NCBI GenBank assembly: GCA_036337435.1 | Contig: JAYZEG010000045.1 | Location: 1-20,790, forward strand | Reading direction: 5' to 3' | DNA: 20,790 nucleotides | Origin: Myxococcota bacterium | GTDB taxonomy: Bacteria > Myxococcota_A > Bradymonadia > UBA7976 > UBA1532 | Shown here: one piece after another, positions 1 through 8,600 of the stretch | Layout of the letters: every line of letters begins with the position of its first letter | Numbering within the stretch: the stretch's first letter is position 1 | Made by a program: the position numbers and the translations under genes | The notes under the pieces: model-generated | Told to the model about the DNA's origin: nothing | The model's database searches: none | The model's input: only the letters and a program-made list of their open reading frames with translations

Positions 1-2682
1 ATCGACAACAAGATTGCTGATTTTGTGACCAATCCCATCCTAGAGCCAATTGCAGCAAAGGCCCTCCCGAGCGACCAAACCATCGACACCTTCCTGTCTC
101 GAGATCTTCAACGGCCCCTGGTCCAAGAGCGGATGACCCAAAAAGAACGACCGCTATGGAAACTCACCAATCGGAGCAAGAGGGCCATGGCAATGAGACT
201 TTTCCATCAAGTCTATCCGAATTCCAAGCATGCAGCGCGGGCAAGGAAACTCGAACCCGTCTTGGCTTGGGATGCTGCTGACCGAAACAATTCGTGGCAA
301 TCGTACGAAGGCTTCATGACAGACTACCCCTATCATCCCAAAGCTCTCACGGCAGAGACCCGATACGTCAATTTGAAGCGCGTTATCGATTCAGCAGGAC
401 AATGGCCCCGGGTTAAAGTGACCTATTCGTATCGGTTGCCTGGTGGAGATTACATGCTCTATGTCGATGTTCGCGACTGCGAAGGGCAATTGGTAAGCGG
501 ACTCAGAAGGCAAGTATTCGAGACGTACTTCGGCCACCATTCTGGACAGATCGTCGACTTCTATGGACTCGAAGAGGACAGACCACTCGATGTGGTGTTC
601 GGCATTGACTTATCTGGTTCAATGGCAACAGAGCGTGAGGCTGTTCATCAAGCCGTGTCCGAATTCGCCGAGACGCTCCGCTTTCGTGGCCGAAACGCTC
701 GTTTCGGGCTGGTTGCGTTTAGCGATAACATCGCGGCCACCCACCAACCGACGGGAAGTCCGAAGCGTTTTCGAAAATGGATACGAGGTCTACCAAAGAG
801 TGCCGGCGGTGCCCATGAAGACAGCATCCACGCGATGTTCAAAGGCTCGACCATGAATCTACGGTCGAACGCTGAACGCGTTTTCATTTTGATTACAGAC
901 GAACCTTTGCAAGTCAACACGGAGGGAACGCGCGCCCTTAAATTCCCCAATTGCGGTAAAGCCAGGCGCATAAAACCCCCGCGTCTGTCTCGAAACTGCA
1001 GGCGGAACAGAGCGTGTATTCGTCGAGTTAATGCCCAGCAACGTCGTAAACACGCAGCAAATGCGCGCCGAATCCGCGGCTGCAGAGCTGGTTACGTAGA
1101 TGAGGGTTCTAAGGTTATGAATCGGATCACCAAGAAGCTGACGACGAAAAGGATGCGTCTCTTCATGCTGGTTTCAGATCTGAGCCACCACGGGTTTCAT
1201 TCCTTGGAAAATAATGTGGGCGGCGAAATCGTTCCAGTCCCTCAGGATGAGCGTGATCCCGGTCCATATAGGGACGCATTGCTGCACGTGAGTAACAAAT
1301 TATCTAAGCAATATCTGATTCGGGTACGCGCGCCGAACTCGGCGATAGCGGGCGCGTTTAAACCGACTGTCATCGCACGGCATATGCACTTGTGGCGAAA
1401 CATTGCAGATTTACCAGCCAAGCATGTTTTGGAGCTTTTATCCACCGGTGGCACACCCGCCTGTCCTCATTTAACGCTGGTCTCGAAAGACCGCGGTATC
1501 GATGTAACCAATGATTGCAGCGGCCGATGGACTCGCGTGCCAGTGCCAAAGAATGTCGGGACTCTGGAAATTGCCGCATCACACAAGAGACAGTTGGCCA
1601 TAATTACTCACAAAGGACTCCTGCTCTACTCGAAAGATCGTGGAAAAAACGCGCAGGCACTCGCACTCAAAGACCAGTTTGTAGTTCAAACCGGTTTTGA
1701 TTCTCAAGGTATGCTTTGGGCCATTGGTCAGAGCCAAGATGGCAACTATCACCTATGGAACCGCAGGGAAAAATTGGAGCTGGTGCGACAGATGATCCCC
1801 GTGAAGCCTGGGCTGTTTCCCGTGCTACTGCCAAACCTTCTCCCAAATAACGAATCCGTCTGCGTTTTGACATCCGCGAATCAGATGGATTGCCAACAGA
1901 AGGATGGCGCGTGGCGGAATCGAAAGGTCAAAGGAATTCGACCTGATGTCCTCCGTGAGCGAGCGGACTTTAGGCCCCTCGCCGGGCGCACTGGAGGCGG
2001 CCTGCTTTCAACCTCTCGAGGGGCCGTTTTTAGAACCATCGATGGGGGCCGAAAATGGAACCGTGTGCTCAATGCCGATGGCCGTCGGCGCTCGATTGTA
2101 TTTGCGCCGGGTAAACGATCTCTTTTGTGCATGTCGGGAACGAAGAGCATTCACTGTTCGGAGGATACTGGACGCACATTTTTTCAGGTGGGCCGTGAAT
2201 TCTCACAGGGTGCGGTCAACGGCATTACAGCCGTGAACCAACAGCTCTTTGTCGCTCAAAACGGAGGGTTACAGTCTCTATCGCGGATCGTGAGCCGAGA
2301 CATCCCAGCGAGCAAGGTCTATTTTGAGACGGGCAAGAGCGAACCATCCGCCCGCTTACGACCGTTCTTAGACAAACTGGCCCAGTCCTTGGCAGACGAT
2401 GAAGATCTCCGACTCAGAATCGAAGGCCATGCCGATATGCGCGGGAGCACAAGTATGAATGAGAGACTCGCTGCCGAGCGCGCTGAAGCCGTAGCAACCT
2501 ATCTAACAGACAGGGATGTTGCGCGCGACCGATTAGAGGTTCTGTCCTTCGGAGAGCGAATGCCGGTACGCCGTGGCAGTGGTGCTGCCAGTCTGGCGAG
2601 AAACCGCCGCGTTGAACTGACAGTTTTCCGGCCTGCGCCCGATGTCGGTTGGGGAGCAGACCACTGCGCTGATGCACGATAA
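1..2682 (+). CDS. VWA domain + Asp-box (BNR-like) beta-propeller + C-terminal OmpA-like peptidoglycan-binding domain protein, 5'-partial
   Basis: Frame 1 is open from base 1 (ATC GAC AAC AAG ATT GCT GAT TTT GTG...), so the true start probably lies upstream of the window. MIDAS motif DVVFGIDLSGSM (~607), RFGLVAFSD, ILITDE. Asp-box-like repeats TNDCSGRW, SKDRGKN, TIDGGRKW, SEDTGRTF. OmpA C-terminal motifs VYFETGKS, IEGHADMRGS..MNERLAAERAEAV, SFGERMP, NRRVEL. TAA stop at 2680-2682. Confidence 0.88.
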   Translation: MDNKIADFVTNPILEPIAAKALPSDQTIDTFLSRDLQRPLVQERMTQKERPLWKLTNRSKRAMAMRLFHQVYPNSKHAARARKLEPVLAWDAADRNNSWQSYEGFMTDYPYHPKALTAETRYVNLKRVIDSAGQWPRVKVTYSYRLPGGDYMLYVDVRDCEGQLVSGLRRQVFETYFGHHSGQIVDFYGLEEDRPLDVVFGIDLSGSMATEREAVHQAVSEFAETLRFRGRNARFGLVAFSDNIAATHQPTGSPKRFRKWIRGLPKSAGGAHEDSIHAMFKGSTMNLRSNAERVFILITDEPLQVNTEGTRALKFPNCGKARRIKPPRLSRNCRRNRACIRRVNAQQRRKHAANARRIRGCRAGYVDEGSKVMNRITKKLTTKRMRLFMLVSDLSHHGFHSLENNVGGEIVPVPQDERDPGPYRDALLHVSNKLSKQYLIRVRAPNSAIAGAFKPTVIARHMHLWRNIADLPAKHVLELLSTGGTPACPHLTLVSKDRGIDVTNDCSGRWTRVPVPKNVGTLEIAASHKRQLAIITHKGLLLYSKDRGKNAQALALKDQFVVQTGFDSQGMLWAIGQSQDGNYHLWNRREKLELVRQMIPVKPGLFPVLLPNLLPNNESVCVLTSANQMDCQQKDGAWRNRKVKGIRPDVLRERADFRPLAGRTGGGLLSTSRGAVFRTIDGGRKWNRVLNADGRRRSIVFAPGKRSLLCMSGTKSIHCSEDTGRTFFQVGREFSQGAVNGITAVNQQLFVAQNGGLQSLSRIVSRDIPASKVYFETGKSEPSARLRPFLDKLAQSLADDEDLRLRIEGHADMRGSTSMNERLAAERAEAVATYLTDRDVARDRLEVLSFGERMPVRRGSGAASLARNRRVELTVFRPAPDVGWGADHCADAR

Positions 2683-2781
2683 TTTCGGTGTCGAAAGAAA
2701 TAGTGCCATGAGGCTGGTTTTCTTCTATCTCGTCGTCCCTACCGTCTAAAAACTATAGAGGGGACTGTTGCGTGGCAGCAG

Positions 2782-3026
2782 CGTACGAAAGACGGACAGG
2801 GCAAAGGCGGTGAACTAAACATTGTTTTTGGCTGTGTAGAGAAGAAAAAACGAAGAACGACGGCTGCCAAAAAGATAAACACTGCGGCAAAGGTAAATGG
2901 TGTGACGGCCGAATTGGAAAAAAGAACCTCTGTAAAAAGAAAAAGAAATTGGGCAAGGGCTGCGTACGTGACGGACAGTGCAAGAGCGGTCAATGCAACT
3001 GGAAATTCAAGTGCGCTAAGAAATAG
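2782..3026 (+). pseudogene. Remnant of a Cys/Lys-rich repeat protein (C-terminal 8-Cys module intact, upstream unit degenerate and frameshifted)
   Basis: From 2835 the frame reads CREEKTKNDGCQKDKHCGKGKWCDGRIGKKNLCKKKKKLGKGCVRDGQCKSGQCNWKFKCAKK-TAG(3024-3026). It is closed upstream by TGA at 2811 with no ATG/GTG/TTG before the module. In the adjacent frame, 2782-2850 reads RTKDGQGKGGELNIVFGCVEKKK, which aligns to CVRDGQCKSGQCNWKFKCAKK. Confidence 0.6.
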
Positions 3027-3039
3027 CAGCTCTCGACTG

Positions 3040-3074
3040 CCCGCCTACAGCCGAGCTTTGGTGCTGTGGGCGGG
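3040..3074 (+). terminator. GC-rich hairpin, possible terminator or RNA-stabilising stem
   Basis: CCCGCCTACAGC (3040-3051) pairs with GCTGTGGGCGGG (3063-3074): 12 bp including one G-U, 13 nt after the TAG of the Cys-rich frame. No U-tract follows, so it is not a canonical intrinsic terminator. Confidence 0.4.
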
Positions 3075-3218
3075 TCAAAGCCTCCCCACCCCTGGCACCG
3101 CCATGGCTCGCCACTCATCTCGACGTCACCCGACAGGGTGACCAACGAGCGTGTAGTCACCATGAGGGGTGAATCTTCTCGGCTCTGAAATCCCTCCTTA
3201 GTCACACACATCAAAGAC

Positions 3219-3224
3219 AGGAGG
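3219..3224 (+). promoter_or_regulatory. Shine-Dalgarno sequence of yceI
   Basis: AGGAGG, 6 nt upstream of ATG 3231. Confidence 0.8.
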
Positions 3225-3230
3225 AACAAC

Positions 3231-3908
3231 ATGCGACAAACTATTTACGCTGTGATGACACTTTGCCTCATCGTGGGCTGCGCCAAAGACCCCAGCAAAG
3301 ACGTGGTTGCAGCGAAGGTCACGACGCCAAGCAGTCCGGCGAAAGCAGCACCGGCGCCAACACCCAAGGCAGCAGAAAAACCAAAACCCGCACCGGCAGC
3401 AAGTACATCTGCAAAGAGTGGGACTCTGTCGGGTTCAATTGTGTTCATTGGCAGTAAAGTCACAGGCAGCCATACCAACCGATTCAACGAGTGGTCAGGC
3501 ACCATTTCCAACACCACACCCAGCGTCGATGCCGCACAATTAAGCGTCACTGTAAAAACGGCGTCCGCCGAGGCGGACTACCTAGACCCAAAGCCCTGGT
3601 CCGGTAAATTGCAAAAGCATCTTCTCAGCGAGGACTTTTTTTATTCGGAAAAGTATCCCACTGCCACGTTCGTCAGCAAATCCATGAAGCAAGCCGACGG
3701 CGGTCTTCATGAAGTGACCGGTGACCTGACGATTCGGGGGAAGACACACGAAATCAAATTCCCTGCGACCATTAAAACGTCACCCGTGTTCTCCCTCACT
3801 GCCGAATTCAGCATCAACCGAAAGCTTTTCGACATGGTCTACAATGGAAAGGCGGATAATCTCATCCGTGATGGCGTTGTCCTCAAGCTCGATCTAAAGG
3901 GAAGCTGA
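3231..3908 (+). CDS. yceI: YceI family lipid/polyisoprenoid-binding lipoprotein
   Basis: Lipobox LIVG-C17 and a Pro/Ala/Lys-rich linker. YceI-type motifs FIGSKVTGSHTNRF, HLLSEDFF..EKYPTATF, VTGDLTIRGKT, FSINRKLF. Strong RBS. Confidence 0.9.
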   Translation: MRQTIYAVMTLCLIVGCAKDPSKDVVAAKVTTPSSPAKAAPAPTPKAAEKPKPAPAASTSAKSGTLSGSIVFIGSKVTGSHTNRFNEWSGTISNTTPSVDAAQLSVTVKTASAEADYLDPKPWSGKLQKHLLSEDFFYSEKYPTATFVSKSMKQADGGLHEVTGDLTIRGKTHEIKFPATIKTSPVFSLTAEFSINRKLFDMVYNGKADNLIRDGVVLKLDLKGS

Positions 3909-4188
3909 CACCCACCCGATGGGCGAGCATCGAAGCGTTTTAATCCACTATCCGTGGGTGTCCCCGTGCCATTCCCACAGACTTTGGCCCGCGAAAAACT
4001 GCCAACCGCAGGCCATCCAAACCTTGAAATCTCGTCAAAAAACAGGTCAATTTCTTGTATGCATGTGGCTCGCGGCTCTGTTTGTCGTGCGCACAACGTC
4101 TCCTCAAGACCCCAAAAATCGGCTCGGAGGACGGAACTTGACCAGACGAACAGCGCATTTCTCTTGCGCTTCACACTGTCAACTCTTG

Positions 4189-5346
4189 ATGGTTCGGCGT
4201 TTGGTCCTGACCATGGTCTTCTTGTTTTCGTTCACCATCGGCGCGGCTCTTTCCAAGGGGAGTTCGACTGAGAAGACTGGTGAAACTCAGCCGATCCCCC
4301 CCACCGATGTCCTGGTTTATTCATTCACAGGCGACATTATGCATGGCCGCTATTTTGGACCGCGCATCCAGCGGCACTTCGATGCCGCGAAGTACACACC
4401 GGAGAACTCGGAGCCATTCGTGCACATCAATCCCCTTTTGAAAGACGTGGACTGCACCTTTGTGAATTTAGAAAACCCGATTCTCGATGAGACTCCGAAA
4501 GACCTGCTTGGCATGAAAGAGCAGTTTACAACACGGCTGGTCGGAGCACCTCAGGATTTAATGCACCTGGTTAAGCATGGTGTTGACTTTGTGAGCCTGG
4601 CCAACAATCACATAAACGATGCCTACTTACCGGGATTGCAGCAGACCATCAAACACGTTGAACAGGCGGGTCTGGCCCATGCGGGTGCCTCGGTGTCTGG
4701 CGACCCGTACCAGCCTGCGCGCATCGATCATGCGCCCGTCGAGACCTATGTTTACTCTGGGACGACATTTATTAACCGGAAGGCGGTCCCCGTTGACTTC
4801 AATGTAGCTGTCGCGCCGACGCGGCGCTTGGTCAGCCAGCTGCAGCCGAAGATAAAAGCACTCAGAGAAAAACGGCCACGCGCTCTGATCATCGTATCGA
4901 TACACTGGGGTCCGGAAAACCAATTTAAATTGATGCCCCACCAAGCCCCCAATGTACGTCGGCTCATCGATGCGGGTGCAGACGTCGTATTCGGTCATCA
5001 TCCGCATGTGCTCCATCCAGTCGAGGTCTATAAAAATGGGGTCATCTTCTACTCCCTCGGCAATCTGTTTTTTGACCAAACCAGCACTGTTCACCGGCAC
5101 GGCATGATCGCCCATGTCGAGTGGAGTCGGACTCTTGAAACTAAGCGACCCAGGCTTGAAAAGGTGATTCTGCACGGCATTGTCCGACCAGTGGATCAAG
5201 GTCCAGTTCGACTGGCAGATTTCAGTAATCGGGCGTCTATACTGGGGCGTGTGAAGAGTATGTCGTCACAAGACCATCGGACGCGACTTACATGGCAACA
5301 AAAGCACGGTCGGCTTGTTTGGCAACGAAACTTGGACGGGCCCTGA
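4189..5346 (+). CDS. CapA (PGA_cap) family protein, metallophosphoesterase-like fold
   Basis: Motifs FTGDIM, VNLENP, SLANNHIND, SIHWGPE, GHHPHV, YSLGNLFFDQ. Start moved from 3919 to ATG 4189 (alternative ATG 4213), where a signal/TM segment MVRRLVLTMVFLFSFTIGAALS begins. The 90 codons upstream do not look coding. Confidence 0.88.
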   Translation: MVRRLVLTMVFLFSFTIGAALSKGSSTEKTGETQPIPPTDVLVYSFTGDIMHGRYFGPRIQRHFDAAKYTPENSEPFVHINPLLKDVDCTFVNLENPILDETPKDLLGMKEQFTTRLVGAPQDLMHLVKHGVDFVSLANNHINDAYLPGLQQTIKHVEQAGLAHAGASVSGDPYQPARIDHAPVETYVYSGTTFINRKAVPVDFNVAVAPTRRLVSQLQPKIKALREKRPRALIIVSIHWGPENQFKLMPHQAPNVRRLIDAGADVVFGHHPHVLHPVEVYKNGVIFYSLGNLFFDQTSTVHRHGMIAHVEWSRTLETKRPRLEKVILHGIVRPVDQGPVRLADFSNRASILGRVKSMSSQDHRTRLTWQQKHGRLVWQRNLDGP

Positions 5347-5625
5347 CCTCAATTTGACCAATACGCTCTAACGGATCTTGGTGCAGAACGAGCCGAACAG
5401 ACCCAAACCAAAAAATCCGACGATTAAAACCAGGGCTCTTCGGCAGGCGTGACGCGTCATCCAGGCCCCTTGAAACATTTTAAATAAGACGGTTTCCTTG
5501 CACCCATTGGCCATGATTTGGTTTAACTTATCTTCAAGGGAAAAGTCGCGCACTTGCTCCCGATTTGGTTTACCATGACCAAACCCTGTCTAGTTTTCGG
5601 GTCGATTTAATGATTTTGGTGGCGT

Positions 5626-8600
5626 ATGCGGATACCTTACCTTGCTCTCTTTGTTCTTGTTACAGTCGGCTGCACCGACAATAATCCCTCCAACCGTGCC
5701 GATATCGGTCGCGAGGTGGACGGGGCATCAGCATCAGACTCTCGAGTCGGGGCGTTTGATGCAGGTGCCGATGGCGAAGTCCCTGTCCTGGCTGACGCCA
5801 TTCTTGACCCCGACCTAGGCGAACCAGACCTTGGCATTGAACCAGACCTTGGCATTGAACCAGACCAAGGCGTTGAGCCTGTTACGATTTTCAGTGGAGA
5901 CATTGGTGCAGACGAGCTTGACCAAGCCGATGGCTACCGCTCGGCCGCCTATCTCGGTCGCCTTGCCGCTAACTGGCAGCGTTTTTACGTCAACGCCGAC
6001 GCTGAGGACGGTGGCGATGGCAGCAGGCGGCAGCCGTTTAACGCCGTACAGACTGCAATCGATGCGGCTCAGGGCCAACCGACGGTCTTGATTCTAGCCG
6101 CCGGTGAATACGAAGGCGCACTTGATGTACCCGGTTCAATTGCGATACTGGGCACCGGCGTCGGACAAACGCGCCTTACGTCTCCCATGGACTTTACAAT
6201 CAGGGCAAGTGGCGGAGCCATGCAGCGTTTGATTCTCGGTTGGTTAACCATTGAGGGTCAATACGGCATTTCCCTTTCAAACTGGGGGGAATTTCATTCT
6301 TTTCACACTGAAATCAACGTGAGCGATGGCAATGCCGTTGCCTTAAGCGGGGTCAATACAGCCGTACTCATGAACAACTCCATCACTGGATCCGACGCTG
6401 CCCCTGCCGACCGTCCGCTGATAAGCGTCAAAGGAAGCGGTGTTGCTTTCCTAAAAACCCGCCTCGAAGCCCATGGAGGGCCAGGCATGGTTGCACAGTT
6501 CCAAAATCAAGATGATGCCCATTGCGGTTCAAGTCCCGTCTGTCCCTTCTCTAATTTTGTCTTTTTAGAAGATGTACGTGTCCAGAATGTCGTGGGTCAC
6601 GGTATTCAGCTCAAACACGCGGCCATGGGCATCCACAGGCTCAGTATTGACCAAATTAGACGGTCTGAAACGACGGCAGCTCGTGGCCTTGAGCTGACAC
6701 AGACCTTCGGACGGACTTGGGACACCATCGACATCCGCAACGTCGATGGAACATGCATGCAGACCTACAGTGCCCGCGGTCGAAACCTCGATTTAACTGT
6801 TGAGAATTGTACTCAAGGTGGTCTCGCAGTCGATCGGCTGCCAGCAACACACCCCGAACTCGTATTCCCATCCAATGATTGGGAGGAAAACGATTTGGGA
6901 TGGGACTGGCCAATCCCGACAAATTGGTCACTTCGGCCGACCGTTTTTTCAACACGCCCACGTCCCGGTGCCAACGTAGAATACCCCATGGGCGAATGGT
7001 ATCCCATGGGCGAGTGGTACCCCATGGGTGAATGGTACCCCATGGGTGAATGGTACCCCATGGGTGAGTGGTATCCCATGGGTGAATGGTTTCCGGCGAC
7101 CGATTGGCTCCCCGAAATCGAGTACGTTGACCAGGATGTTGGCTTGCCCATCCCACTGTCAATCAACGGCGAAGGCTCTGCACCCGACCTAGAGCTTCAC
7201 CTCTGGGCTCGTCAGATGTTCACGGGGACTGATGCACTCAATAATGGTGCCTTTGGTATTAAGCTTTCTGGCCATGCCACGGACCTCATGGATACCGAAA
7301 TTCGCAATACGCTGCCAGCCGGTGGTAATGAGCCAGCTGTGCCCGATGGTAATGATGAGCCGGGGGTTGATGATAACGCACAGCCCCAAGGCTCAGACGG
7401 GCGCAATCGTGGACGTGCTGTCAGCGCGGCTGATGGCCCCTTTGTTCCACCAATACCTGACCAACGGTCGGCTCATGGCCAACTTGGCCTGGGCGATGAT
7501 GGGGCAATTGGCCTGTTGATACAGCAAAACAGCCTCGTACCCCTGACACAGCGCGGCAGCAGCGCGCTGGCCCTATCTCGCGTGGACACCGTGCGAATCC
7601 AAGACACAGCCGGTCCTGGACTGGTGATGCAACGCGTGGCCCTTGTCGGGATCGGTGGCCGACCGTTTTTAGAACGAGGACTCCCCATCATCGACGGCAC
7701 CTTGATTGCAAACCAAGGCCCCGGTGCCATCATCGTGGATACGGCCATGGATTTAATCAGTAGCGAAGTCTTGGATTCAAATGGTATCGGCCTATGGTGT
7801 GCGGGCTATTCGGGCGTCATGTACGATAACACGATTCAAAACACCGCCAGCAGCCCAGTGAATGGGATCGACGCGGGCTTCGGATTGTTGGTGGCGCCCT
7901 CAACAGCCCGGACCAAGCTATTCAGCCGTCTTGGCCGCGCAACATTGCTTGAAAACAGCATCTCCGGAAGTGCCAGCTATGCCGCGGTTATCGAGGGCGA
8001 ATGCGGGGTACGCGCCACGATGCTTTTTGATAGCGACCAGGTTGTAGATAATGGGCAAGACGGTACACTGCGCGTGACTGTGCCCGGCTACAACCCCGAC
8101 CTCACTTGTATTGAAATGCTTGAAGACACCCTTGATGTCTACACGGCGCAGTACCCAGACGAAGAGATGGGTGCGTGCGTACCAGACGAACCCTGTCCAG
8201 AACCGGACCCTCAAGAGCTGGTGCCATCATTGAGCAGTCGAGACATCAGTGCAGATGTCTGTCCACCGGGTAGGCAACGTCAGGAAGAGGTTTGCAATGG
8301 ACTAGACGATGATTGCGATGGCGAATTCGATGAAGGGCAGCCCTCAGATAATGCCTGTGGAGGATGTGGTGACGAACCCGACGAGGTCTGTGACGGCAGA
8401 GATAATGATTGCGATGGATTCAAAGATGAAATCAAGCTCCGGACAGACGCAAATGAGTCGTATGACCTCGACAACACACCCGATGGCACCACCGGAATGG
8501 GCGGAATCATTACCTCGTCTAGCACCACAGGTGAGTCACTTGTCCTGATGGACATCGGACGGGACAATGATGCAGACGGCAACACAGTTAGGCGTTTTAG

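Noticed and set aside
3070..3110. CAAAGCCTCC resembling part of a c-di-GMP-I (GEMM) riboswitch
   Set aside because: The upstream GGCAAAC...GAAA...GACGC stem is absent. This is only a short chance match.
2902..3141. 79-aa plus-strand ORF and overlapping minus-strand ORFs 2739-2993 / 2753-2983 / 2990-3232
   Set aside because: No RBS or recognisable motif. The region is better explained by the Cys-rich frame ending at 3026 and the yceI leader.
3907..3962. 9-bp inverted repeat GACACCCAC/GTGGGTGTC after yceI
   Set aside because: Large loop and no U-tract. It could be chance in GC-rich DNA.
3919..4188. N-terminal 90 codons of the 475-aa ORF call
   Set aside because: Composition does not look coding and the signal/TM segment starts at ATG 4189. 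Treated as intergenic.
4189..5346. CapA as evidence for a poly-gamma-glutamate capsule locus
   Set aside because: No capB/capC-like genes in the window, and stand-alone CapA-family proteins are widespread.
5368..5553. 61-aa minus-strand ORF with hydrophobic C-terminus
   Set aside because: GTG start without a clear RBS and no motif. It cannot be supported from sequence alone.
6982..7089. 18-bp repeat array with palindromic CCATGG core considered as CRISPR or iteron/operator array
   Set aside because: No spacers, the unit is a multiple of 3, it lies in frame within a long CDS, variation is only synonymous, and no cas or rep gene is present.
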